Source of the DNA: Acidobacteriota bacterium
GTDB taxonomy: Bacteria > Acidobacteriota > CAIWXX01
DNA length: 64,000 nucleotides
Direction: 5' to 3'
Assembly (NCBI GenBank): GCA_040755995.1
Contig: JBFMAF010000020.1
Location: 128,001 to 192,000, forward strand
The notes under the pieces are model-generated. The model did not search any database and had not been told where the DNA came from. It worked only from the letters and a program-made list of their open reading frames with translations. Each line of letters begins with the position of its first letter. Position 1 is the stretch's first letter. Shown in pieces: positions 19,926 to 28,860 of this stretch. A program made the position numbers and the translations under genes.

Positions 19926-22182
19926 GCTCGGCGGAGTATGCGAGGTAGCGATCAGCTTCCAGGAGTGTCGTCCTCTTCAGTAACTCGCAATCGAACTGCA
20001 GCGGTCCTTCGAACGCCGGCTTGCCGTTCACGATGACCCGAACCGGGGCGCTGGGCTTTGCGAGGAGTTCGGGACGAAGCAGCAGCCGCATCGCCTGCAC
20101 GTTCCGCGCTGTCACGACGATCGTGTTGTCCTCGCGGATCTCCCCCGAGACGTTAGCGACTCCCTGGCCCTTCTCCTCAATCCGGACCCAGTAGTGCCGC
20201 GGAAACGCCAGGGTCCCAAGCTCGAACTCGATCCGCCGCGGGAACGGGTCGCGCACGTGCTTCCGCAGGAACGGGAAGAAGAGCTCGCCGTCGCCTTCAA
20301 TGCTGATGTCATGCCCGCGCCCCTCTAAGATGCGCATCTCCACGGGAGCGAAGCGGCGTAGCTGCCGCAGCCGGTCAACCGTCTGGCGTGTGGCCCTGCA
20401 ATCGATGGTAGTGTCGCGCTCCCCGTGGATGAACAGCAGAGGCACGTTGTCGGTGTTTCCTGCCGCAGGCGGCGCACCCCAAGGGACGAACACACCGGCT
20501 CCCTCTAGCGAGACGGCGGCGGCCAGCCGCTGAGGCATCTGCGTGGCAAGCGCGAAGGCGCCCGTCCCCCCGTTGCTCCATCCAACTGCGCACACACGAT
20601 TCGGATCGATCCTGACAAGCCCTTCAACCTCCTTGACCAGGTTCTCAACCATGGCGCCGGTCCATTCCTCCCACCACGACTCCCGAGCCTGCGGGAAGAG
20701 GACGACATAGCCGGTCCGACTGATGATGTTGAGAAACGCAACCAGGCCCATTCGAGCGCGCCCCGGCCCGCCGCTCATGCAGATCACCAGCGGGAAAGGC
20801 GCGTCTCCGCGGTAGTCCGCCGGGATGTGCAAGATGTACGGCCATCCCTGGTAGCCCGGGGAGGCCATCGGCCGAAGGGTCGTCCCGGGGACAATCCGAG
20901 CGGTCCCTCCTGCCATGCCTCCAGATTGATCACCGCCCAGGCACTGCTCCACTGCCGATGTCGCAACTCCTTCGGCCCGAGACTGCTCCGGAAGGGGGAC
21001 GCGCGAGAGAAGCTCGTAACGCCGCAACACATCCGGAGGAGTGCCGAGCGACCCACGTTGCTCCACGGAGAGGCGGCCCCGAGCCCACTGGAGAACTGCC
21101 TCTCCCATGAACGGGTCGATGTCCTTGATCGAAAGCTCGATGATAGCGCGCGCGTCGTCCTTCGGCACGGTCTCGAGCATCCGCACGGCGAGGCGCCGGA
21201 CGAGCGGATCCGGGCTTCGCGCCAAGGCCACGAGCTGCGTGGTCGCAGGAGGCCCGAACCTGCGGGCGTATGCAAGCGAGAGCACAGCTTGTTGTGTGGG
21301 GATGTCGCCGGAGTCGAGCAGAGGGTAGAGCGCGGCCGGTGTGGCCGGAAGAGCGTCTTCGAGCATGCACGATTCCAGCACAGCGATGCGCGTGTCGGCG
21401 CGGGCAAGCCATGTCTGCGGGTCTTCCCCGCGCGTCCGTTCAAGGAGTTCCGCGGTCCACTTCTCCGACACTCGCGCATGCGGCACCGGATACGCTCCCG
21501 TGTACTCCAGCCGCTGCAGCAACCCGCTGGACGGGCAGTGCCAGTAGACCAGGCTCACGCCCGCGAGTGGACCCGTGCCTTCGACCCTGATGCAATCAGC
21601 GTCGCCAATTCTCTCGCGACCCACCCACCGGAAGGTCAAATCCAGTGAGCTCACCCCCTTCCAGCTGCTGCCCTCATTGACCGGCACGTTAGGTAGCCCT
21701 TCGATCTCGTGCAGGCATGGGAGGAATTCACTGGTGACTTCGCGGATCGCCGCCCACGCCAGAGCCGGCCACCCGTGCGCGTCGACCCGGTTCACCTCGG
21801 CCCTCGGCACCAACCTCGGTCCCAAGCTTTCGGCGTACTGTGTGCGCTCACTCTCCGTCAGGTCCACCCCCTCTTCGGTGTACTGTACAAGCTCCGATCT
21901 GATGTCGCCCCGCTGAACCGCCACAAGGGAATGGCTGTCCGAGGCCGATACCACCAGAACGTGGGCGGTGCACTGTGTGAGTGTCACATACTCGAAGTCC
22001 GAGTCCGTCCCGTGTGAGGTGCGCTCGGTGCGTTCGCGATAGACGAAATGATCTCCCGCACGCAAGTCATAACGCATCTCGACGCCGTTGTCCTCGGCGA
22101 CGAGCGAGCTGCACATGCTGATGAATAGGCCCGTCAACGCGATTGTCGCCACGCGAATGCAGGATGGGGTTCGCGATCTCAT
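19861..22182 (-). CDS. Secreted multidomain protein with HEAT-like repeats and C-terminal alpha/beta hydrolase (esterase)
   Basis: Signal peptide; DPLVRRLAVRML HEAT-like segment; YILHIPADY...PLVICMSG, IDPNRV..GWSNGG, FIHGERD, GRGH triad motifs. Confidence 0.78.
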   Translation of the reverse strand: MRSRTPSCIRVATIALTGLFISMCSSLVAEDNGVEMRYDLRAGDHFVYRERTERTSHGTDSDFEYVTLTQCTAHVLVVSASDSHSLVAVQRGDIRSELVQYTEEGVDLTESERTQYAESLGPRLVPRAEVNRVDAHGWPALAWAAIREVTSEFLPCLHEIEGLPNVPVNEGSSWKGVSSLDLTFRWVGRERIGDADCIRVEGTGPLAGVSLVYWHCPSSGLLQRLEYTGAYPVPHARVSEKWTAELLERTRGEDPQTWLARADTRIAVLESCMLEDALPATPAALYPLLDSGDIPTQQAVLSLAYARRFGPPATTQLVALARSPDPLVRRLAVRMLETVPKDDARAIIELSIKDIDPFMGEAVLQWARGRLSVEQRGSLGTPPDVLRRYELLSRVPLPEQSRAEGVATSAVEQCLGGDQSGGMAGGTARIVPGTTLRPMASPGYQGWPYILHIPADYRGDAPFPLVICMSGGPGRARMGLVAFLNIISRTGYVVLFPQARESWWEEWTGAMVENLVKEVEGLVRIDPNRVCAVGWSNGGTGAFALATQMPQRLAAAVSLEGAGVFVPWGAPPAAGNTDNVPLLFIHGERDTTIDCRATRQTVDRLRQLRRFAPVEMRILEGRGHDISIEGDGELFFPFLRKHVRDPFPRRIEFELGTLAFPRHYWVRIEEKGQGVANVSGEIREDNTIVVTARNVQAMRLLLRPELLAKPSAPVRVIVNGKPAFEGPLQFDCELLKRTTLLEADRYLAYSAELSVRIAQRKGALLLGASTSAD

Positions 22183-22322
22183 GACCAGCCAAACCTCGAC
22201 ACCGCCACTATACCACGACCATCCGAGGGTGCTCGTTCAGCCTGGTGCGAACGGGATTCATGTGGTGACGAAGCGGCCCAGCCTGCGCCGGGCCGGGGCG
22301 AATCGGGGCAGCGACAAGCGGC

Positions 22323-24572
22323 CTAGCGAGGTGTTGTGAATCCCAGACGCTGAGCGTGGATGCGGGCCCGGCAGACGATCGGAGAAATGACCTCCGTCCA
22401 GGCAAGGCAGCCGGGGTAGGCCTTCAACGCTTCTTCATCTCGCCCGCCGAGGTGGAGGTACTCGAAGGCGAAGAGACACCGTCGCTCTGCCTCGATCATC
22501 AAGTCGGCATCGAATGCCTCAAGCGAGAGGCGGTCCAGGAACAACGATGCAATCTTGGGGAGATCGGGGTCGGGTGAGCTCAGCAGCGTCACGAGTGACT
22601 CCTCGGCGTGCGCCCCCTGCCCGTTCTCGAGGTACAGGAGACCCAGGTCGAGACGGCCGTATTCACCCATGTCCGTCAGCGACGAGCCCGACACCAGCGC
22701 GGACTTCACCAGAGCGGCCGCAGCACGGATGTCTCCGCTCGACCACTTGGCGAAAGACGAGTACTCTGCGAACAGGGCGCCTGGATACGGATCATTGGCC
22801 AGCCGCGCTTCCATCTTCCGCGCAACCTGTTCCGCTCCTGCCGCTCTCCCAGCCATGCACAGGACCATGGCCTGTCCGTAGAGACCGCGGAGAGAAAGCC
22901 GCACATTCACCTGCTGGAATTCCCTTTCCATCTGATCGTAGATGGCCAGGGCAGAGTCGTAGTCGCCGGCCATCACGTACACAGTTCCGAGGTACTCCAG
23001 GGCCGCGTGGCGCGGTTTCCCGATCCTCTTCTGGGTCTTGAGGAAGTCAAGCAGACCATCGCGTCGCCCGGGATACGTGGGATGAATGAGGCCGATATGC
23101 AGCGCGGCGCGCTCCGTGAGCAGGGGGACGTCTTCGAAGTGCTCCACAATGAACTTGTGCGTATCCACTGCACGGTCGAGGCGGCCGGTGTAGTAGAAAC
23201 GATCCGCCAACAACAGCAGATCGCTCGCGATCTGATATCGCTGATCCGGGTCGGTAGTAGTCGCCTCGAGATTGATGAAGTGGCTGAACGCGGATTCGAG
23301 GTCACCCTGGAGGGCCAGGGTCCTCCCGGCGTTGATCACGGCCACGCTCTTGAAGTAGTCCGAGGCAGGAGAGGCGCCCACGGACTGGAACGCGGAGAAT
23401 GCATCCGCGTACTGCTTCCGCTCCAGGAGGCACATTCCCAGCTTGAACAACGCCTCGCCCGCCACCGGCTTCCCCTCCTGGTCACGCACAACCCTCTCGT
23501 ACAGGTCCTGAGCGGCAGCGACATCGCCGCGGATGAACAGCTGGTCCCCGACCGTCGTAGGTTCGACCGCCTCGGCCAGCCGCTTCCGGTAGATCCGCAA
23601 GTTGTCGATCCTAATGAGGCCGTCGTAGGTGCCTATCCGCACGACCGAGCAGTCTCTGGCGCTCAGTGGTATCGGGTCCAGGCAGCGAATCTGAACGCGT
23701 CTGTCCAGCGCCACTTGAAGTTCGCTCCCGCTCCGAACCACGGAGGCATGATAGGACCTGTCGCCCTGCAGCGACGGACAGCGGTCAAGCTTGATCTCCA
23801 GGTTGTTGCGGTCTATCTCGGCAACCTCCTGGTCCGCGCCGATGGAGAGACAATACCCGCTGGGCTGCGCGTCGTGGCCGTTTCGAAGGAAGAGCGCGAT
23901 CTCCTTCTTCCCACTGAAGGGGGCGATGGAAGCGTCGAAGTCGATCCGTACGTCCTCCGGGAACTCGCGCACCAGATCGATACTGACGAAGCCGCTGCCC
24001 GATCCGCGCAGTCCGCCGAAGTTGATGTTCCACGTGCCGGATATCGGCAAGAAGTTCGGGCCCGGATCCTGCCGCTCGAAATCGTCCGAGAACTCCAGAG
24101 CCCACTCGGTCGAGTCGTCCCGGACTCCCAGGAGCTGCCATGCGGCCATGGACAGCAGCACCACCACGCCGATCGTCGATCCGATGACCGCACGGTGGCT
24201 GAGAAATCTCTGCCACGCGCGCCGCGGAGTGCGCTCGGAGACTGCCGCTTGCGGCGACTTCGCATCCTCTGTGCGCACTGCCGCTTCACCGGTCCACATG
24301 TATCCTTCACGGGGGATTGTCTTAATCAGATCGCCGCCTTCGGCCAGCGCCTTCCGCAGGTCGGAGACCTGCACTGTCAGAGCTTCGTCGCCGACAACCA
24401 CATCCGGCCAGAGCTTCATCATGAGATCGCGCCGGTTCAGTGGCACACCCGGATTCTGGAGGAAGATCATCAGGAGGTCGCGGGCCTTCGGAGTGATCGT
24501 GACGCTTTGCTCTCCCCGGACCAGAATTCGCTCGACCGGATTCAGCTGATAGCCATTGAACGAGTAGATCAT
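22323..24572 (-). CDS. CadC/ToxR-like transmembrane one-component regulator (wHTH-TM-lectin-like-TPR)
   Basis: OmpR-type wHTH (ITPKARDLL...LWPD...LRKAL...IKTIPREGY), one TM segment, FSDDF...IRIDNLRIY beta-sandwich, several TPR repeats. Confidence 0.82.
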   Translation of the reverse strand: MIYSFNGYQLNPVERILVRGEQSVTITPKARDLLMIFLQNPGVPLNRRDLMMKLWPDVVVGDEALTVQVSDLRKALAEGGDLIKTIPREGYMWTGEAAVRTEDAKSPQAAVSERTPRRAWQRFLSHRAVIGSTIGVVVLLSMAAWQLLGVRDDSTEWALEFSDDFERQDPGPNFLPISGTWNINFGGLRGSGSGFVSIDLVREFPEDVRIDFDASIAPFSGKKEIALFLRNGHDAQPSGYCLSIGADQEVAEIDRNNLEIKLDRCPSLQGDRSYHASVVRSGSELQVALDRRVQIRCLDPIPLSARDCSVVRIGTYDGLIRIDNLRIYRKRLAEAVEPTTVGDQLFIRGDVAAAQDLYERVVRDQEGKPVAGEALFKLGMCLLERKQYADAFSAFQSVGASPASDYFKSVAVINAGRTLALQGDLESAFSHFINLEATTTDPDQRYQIASDLLLLADRFYYTGRLDRAVDTHKFIVEHFEDVPLLTERAALHIGLIHPTYPGRRDGLLDFLKTQKRIGKPRHAALEYLGTVYVMAGDYDSALAIYDQMEREFQQVNVRLSLRGLYGQAMVLCMAGRAAGAEQVARKMEARLANDPYPGALFAEYSSFAKWSSGDIRAAAALVKSALVSGSSLTDMGEYGRLDLGLLYLENGQGAHAEESLVTLLSSPDPDLPKIASLFLDRLSLEAFDADLMIEAERRCLFAFEYLHLGGRDEEALKAYPGCLAWTEVISPIVCRARIHAQRLGFTTPR

Positions 24573-24839
24573 CGGCCCGCCCCAGTATCGATGTCCTCGG
24601 GCATCCTAGCATATCTCCCCTGGTGCCTCCAGCCGGCCCGCGTGCGTGACGGAGCGCCATGTGACTATATCGGTTTACCTGCTCGCCGTGGCGAATCAGC
24701 CTAAGTACAGATAGAGCGGGTGCCGGCGGCGGGTAGAAGCCGGTATAGGCTCCGAGGGCGCCCCCCCTTTACTCCTGGGTCCGGTTTGATTACCCTGTTA
24801 ACCGTGAATCGGAGTGGGCCCGCAGGGAAGGAGGCACCA

Positions 24840-26717
24840 ATGGCATACGGCTACGCCGGCAGGATACTGAAGGTCGACCTCGGCACGGGTAGGGTCGAGA
24901 CAGAGGAGACGCTCCAGGGAGACCGCGCGAAGTACCTGGGCGGGAAGGGGCTTGCCACGCGCATCCTGTACGACATGACGAAGCCGGGGCTGGACCCGTA
25001 CGACCCGGCGATGCCGCTCATCTTCTCGACCGGCCCCGTCACCGGTACCAGCGTCCCGCAGTCAAATCGTTTCGTCGTGACGACGCGCTCGCCGCTCACC
25101 GGTGCCATCGCGAACTCCACCTGCGGCGGCGACTTCGCGACCAAGCTGAAGCTCGCGGGTTACGATCTGCTGGTAGTGACGGGCAAGGCCAAGAAGCCTG
25201 TTTGGATCGAGATCCGCGAGGACAAGGTCGCGATCAAGGACGCCGCACAGCTCTGGGGGAAGGGCACTGCAGAGACGCAGGAGAAGCTCCCGCGCGACTG
25301 CGGCTTCGCCGTGATCGGCCCCGCGGGCGAGAACAAGGTTCGCTTCGCCTGCGTCGTCTCCGGCCACCGGGTGGCGGGACGGACGGGTGTGGGCGCCGTG
25401 ATGGGCTCGAAGAATCTCAAGGCCGTTGCGGCGACAGGATCGAAGAAGTTCGAGATCATGGACGAGAAGGAGCTCCGGGAGTTCCACAAGCACATGGTCA
25501 AGTTCCTCAAGGACCACCCGATGACCGGCGGAATCCTGCCGCGGCTCGGAACGGCGAACCTGGTGCAGACAACAGCGGGCCGCAACATCATCCCGACGTT
25601 CAACTTCCAGCAGGGCCACCACGCCGAAACGATCAACCTCACGGGCGAGGAGATGGCGGCCCGGCACCTGGCGAAGCAGGGCGGATGCGTCGCCTGCCCG
25701 ATCAGGTGCGGGCGGCAGGTGAGGCACGAGGGGAGAGTGACGAAGGGCCCCGAGTTCGAGACGATCGGCCTCATGGGGAACAATCTGGGCGTTTTCAACC
25801 TGCCGGATGTCTTCACTCTCGGGGCGCTATGCGACGATCTCGGCATGGATTCGATTTCGACTGGCAACAGCATCGGATTCGCGGCCGAGCTGAACCAGCG
25901 CGGGATGTGGAAGAACGGGGTGGAGTTCGGCAAGGCCGATGCGATCGCAGAGCTGCTTCGGAAGATCGCTCATCGCGACGGCGTCGGCGACGAAATCGCC
26001 GAGGGGACGAAGCGAATGGCCGAGAAGCACGGCGGTGTCGATTTCGCGATCAACGTGAAGGGACTCGAGCTGCCCGCGTACGATCCGCGAGGCTGCTTCG
26101 GGCAGGGGCTGGAGTACGCCACGACGCCGCGCGGCGGATGCCACATAAACGGTGCCACGATGTACCTCGAGGCCACCGGGCCGATCTGCCTCGACCCGCA
26201 TTCCATCAAAGCCAAGCCGCCGCTCGTCGTGCTTCAGCAGAACCTCGCCGCGGCGATCAGCTCATCGATATTCTGCCAGTTCTCCGCATACGCGGTGATC
26301 CCAAAGCAGGCGTTCGGTCTCGACCCGCAAGGGACGCTGTACCACCTCATCACCACGGCGCTTCTCAACTCGGGCTTCGTCCTGAGGCTGGCGGTGCAGA
26401 GCCACATGCCGCTCAAAGTCTTCTGGTTCGAGAAGTACCTGTCGATGATCTTCGGCCGCCGGGTGACCATGGGCGAGTTCGTCGAGTACGGCAGGCGCGC
26501 GTTCCAGATGGAGAAGCTTTACAACTGCCGCGAGGGTTTTGCGCGCAAAGACGACACGCTGCCGGCCCGTCTGCTCAACGAATCCACCTTCAAGGACGTG
26601 ATGAAGGCCGGCGTTCCGCTCGACGACATGCTCGACGAGTACTACCGCATACGCGGCTACGACAGCAACGGAGTGATCACCCAGAAAGAGCTCGACCGGC
26701 TGGGGATTCGAGCGTGA
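24840..26717 (+). CDS. aor: Aldehyde:ferredoxin oxidoreductase family (W/Mo-bis-PPT, 4Fe-4S)
   Basis: AAGGAGG RBS; YGYAGRILKVDL, RSPLTG, IGPAGEN, GAVMGSKNLKA, CVACPIRC, GPEFET, CDDLGMDSIS, YDPR, RGGCH, DTLPARL. Confidence 0.95.
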   Translation: MAYGYAGRILKVDLGTGRVETEETLQGDRAKYLGGKGLATRILYDMTKPGLDPYDPAMPLIFSTGPVTGTSVPQSNRFVVTTRSPLTGAIANSTCGGDFATKLKLAGYDLLVVTGKAKKPVWIEIREDKVAIKDAAQLWGKGTAETQEKLPRDCGFAVIGPAGENKVRFACVVSGHRVAGRTGVGAVMGSKNLKAVAATGSKKFEIMDEKELREFHKHMVKFLKDHPMTGGILPRLGTANLVQTTAGRNIIPTFNFQQGHHAETINLTGEEMAARHLAKQGGCVACPIRCGRQVRHEGRVTKGPEFETIGLMGNNLGVFNLPDVFTLGALCDDLGMDSISTGNSIGFAAELNQRGMWKNGVEFGKADAIAELLRKIAHRDGVGDEIAEGTKRMAEKHGGVDFAINVKGLELPAYDPRGCFGQGLEYATTPRGGCHINGATMYLEATGPICLDPHSIKAKPPLVVLQQNLAAAISSSIFCQFSAYAVIPKQAFGLDPQGTLYHLITTALLNSGFVLRLAVQSHMPLKVFWFEKYLSMIFGRRVTMGEFVEYGRRAFQMEKLYNCREGFARKDDTLPARLLNESTFKDVMKAGVPLDDMLDEYYRIRGYDSNGVITQKELDRLGIRA

Positions 26718-26728
26718 AGGAGGTCTGA

Positions 26729-26977
26729 ATGGCACGCCTGTACTTTCCGTTCGAAGTCGCCGAGAAGGCCGGGAAGAAGTCTCTGGCGCTCGATGCGCCT
26801 GACATCGAGACGTTGCTGCAGAAGGGCTCGGCGGAGACCGGCGCGGACCTCCTCGATGCCTCGAAGAGGTGTGCGATCCTCGTCAACGGCCGGAACATCT
26901 GGTACCTCAAGGGCTTCTCCACACCGCTGAAGCCCGAGGACGAGGTCTGGTTCGTCGCCATCTCGAGCGGCGGGTAG
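26729..26977 (+). CDS. moaD: MoaD/ThiS-family sulfur carrier
   Basis: 82 aa; ILVNGRNI...TPLKPEDEV...; C-terminal GG; directly downstream of aor. Confidence 0.85.
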   Translation: MARLYFPFEVAEKAGKKSLALDAPDIETLLQKGSAETGADLLDASKRCAILVNGRNIWYLKGFSTPLKPEDEVWFVAISSGG

Positions 26978-27160
26978 CGCGAGCCACAGAGTGGCGTGAC
27001 AAGGTCGTGTGTGCCCGCGCCGAGACGCCTGCTCTGAACCCGATCGGCGCTGGACCTACCTGACGGCCCCGGCCGGCTCGGTGCCCGAGCGCCCGGCCGG
27101 CCACAGCTCTCCCGCGGCTGGGGGTGGCCAGGCCGCTGGCGCGGGACGTGTCGAGAGCCC

Positions 27161-27619
27161 TCACTCACCACGCAGGCTCCGGCGGATCTCGTTCTCCCAC
27201 TCGCCGATCATCTGCTCGTGCTCCTCCTGCGTGAAGGACCTCACGAGATCGTCGCCGTCTGCTGAGAGCGCCGTATAGTCGTATCGCACGGCAGCTCGCG
27301 TCGTCGAATGATCCACCGCGCGGCACTCGACGACGACGCGGGCGATGAACCATCCCGGCGTGTGGCGATGATACTCGACGAAGTGGTGCTCACGGTCCAG
27401 GTGCGTCAGGACCCATACGGTCTCGAGCCCCCGCCACCGCGTCGTGAAGACCATGCCTTGAGTCGTGTCTCCTCCGGCCGGCCAGATGTACTCAGGGTCC
27501 CAGTCCGTGGCCCAGGACCTCTCACCCTCAGGCGTGAACAGTAGGAACGCCTCCTCGACGGGCCGCCACACCGTGAGCTCGGCCTCGCGCCTGGCGTGTG
27601 CATGCTTCGAATCGGTCAT
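27161..27619 (-). CDS. SRPBCC (START/Bet v1)-like protein
   Basis: PVEEAFLLFTPEGERSWATDWDP...C-terminal helix MIGEWENEI; paralogue of 27930-28556. Confidence 0.7.
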   Translation of the reverse strand: MTDSKHAHARREAELTVWRPVEEAFLLFTPEGERSWATDWDPEYIWPAGGDTTQGMVFTTRWRGLETVWVLTHLDREHHFVEYHRHTPGWFIARVVVECRAVDHSTTRAAVRYDYTALSADGDDLVRSFTQEEHEQMIGEWENEIRRSLRGE

Positions 27620-27933
27620 TGCTTCCGTCCCTTCGCCGGCGTCCCGCGCCCTTCGTACAGCCGGTGGCTCGCCTCGGCCGTCAGGTCGAGGCCGTAGAAC
27701 TGTCTGAGCTGTGCGATCCGCCGCAGATTGGCCTGATCGAACGGAAGCTTGCCCTCGAAGACGTGCAAAACAATCCCTTCGACGAGATCGCCGAGCGTGA
27801 TATCGTGATACTCTGCGAGCGTCTTCAGAACCTTGAGCAGCCGCTTCTCCACCCGCACTCCGGTCTGCGCGCGCTCGACCAGAATCCGCTCGCGTTGCAC
27901 CGCTTGCCCCTTCTCCGTCTTGCGTTCCCTCAT
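27616..27933 (-). CDS. Small ribbon-helix-helix-like DNA-binding protein
   Basis: ERAQTGVRVEKRLLKVLKTLAEYHDITLGDLVEGIV beta-alpha-alpha pattern; GGAGG RBS; 4-bp overlaps with both neighbours. Confidence 0.65.
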   Translation of the reverse strand: MRERKTEKGQAVQRERILVERAQTGVRVEKRLLKVLKTLAEYHDITLGDLVEGIVLHVFEGKLPFDQANLRRIAQLRQFYGLDLTAEASHRLYEGRGTPAKGRKQ

Positions 27934-28556
27934 TGCCCGCCTCCCTTGTCTGGCTTCGCCTGCGGCCGGGCCCCCGACAGCTGGCGGCTGTCCGGCAGTG
28001 ATCGGCCTGTGGTCAGATAGTGATTCATCGCAGCCTCCCACAGCTTCATGTACTGGTGGAAGAGCTCACCGGCATGCATCTCCACGGCGCGACTACCCGA
28101 CTCCGTCAGTGCCGTCCATTCGTAACTCACCCGTGCCACGCTCCTGCCCGGCGCGCCCCCCTCAACCTCGATACGGAGCAACGTCAGGCGGTTCTCGGGG
28201 TTCACGAGAATCATCTCGGCGAACCCTTTCTCGGCGTCGAAATGCCGAACGAACCAGATCGTCTGCTGGTCTCCATCGCGCGTACGGAAGATCGTCCCTT
28301 CGCCGTTGCAGCCGCCTTCGCAGCGTACGAACTCCGGGTTCCATCCGTCCACCCATTGCTTCTCTCCTTCCGGCCCAAACAACGGGAAGACGATTTCCGG
28401 TGGCGCAGCGAGGCTCAACAGGAAGCTCCTCGATAGACTCTTCGCGCTCAACGGCACCTCGGCTCCCGCCAGCGGCTGCGTGTCCAGCGTCGCAAGAACC
28501 GCCGCCGACAGCGTCACCGCGCAGGCACCCATTGCCCTTCTCCACCTGCCATTCAT
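27930..28556 (-). CDS. Exported SRPBCC-like protein
   Basis: AAGGAG RBS, signal peptide; PPEIVFPLFGPEGEKQWVDGWNP...MKLWEAAMNHYL. Confidence 0.7.
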   Translation of the reverse strand: MNGRWRRAMGACAVTLSAAVLATLDTQPLAGAEVPLSAKSLSRSFLLSLAAPPEIVFPLFGPEGEKQWVDGWNPEFVRCEGGCNGEGTIFRTRDGDQQTIWFVRHFDAEKGFAEMILVNPENRLTLLRIEVEGGAPGRSVARVSYEWTALTESGSRAVEMHAGELFHQYMKLWEAAMNHYLTTGRSLPDSRQLSGARPQAKPDKGGGQ

Positions 28557-28602
28557 CTGCCTCTCCTTTCTGTCATCGCTTCGCTCATGTGACCCAGTGG
28601 AC

Positions 28603-28668
28603 GGTACATGTATCCCTGTGTACCCATGTACCAAGGTAAATCATACAATCCCGGCAAAGGCATGTCAA
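28603..28668 (-). promoter_or_regulatory. sigma70 promoter with downstream G(G/A)TACA repeats (candidate operator)
   Basis: Minus strand TTGACA (28663-28668)-N17-TATGAT (28640-28645), then GGTACAT-GGGTACAC-AGGGATACAT-GTACC (28603-28632). Confidence 0.7.
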
Positions 28669-28860
28669 GGGCTTCTCGGTGCACGGCTCTTCAGCACGCT
28701 GCCCCGGCTTGACACCAGGAGTCCCTGCGCAGATGATTGCGCGGTGACCGGCCGAGAGTCGAACCATCCTGCCAGACGGCTTCTGGCGGAGCGGCCGGGC
28801 GCCATGGCGCCTCTGCCGGATACGACGGCCCGGAGCCGGCGTTGCTGCGAGGAGGAGAGA

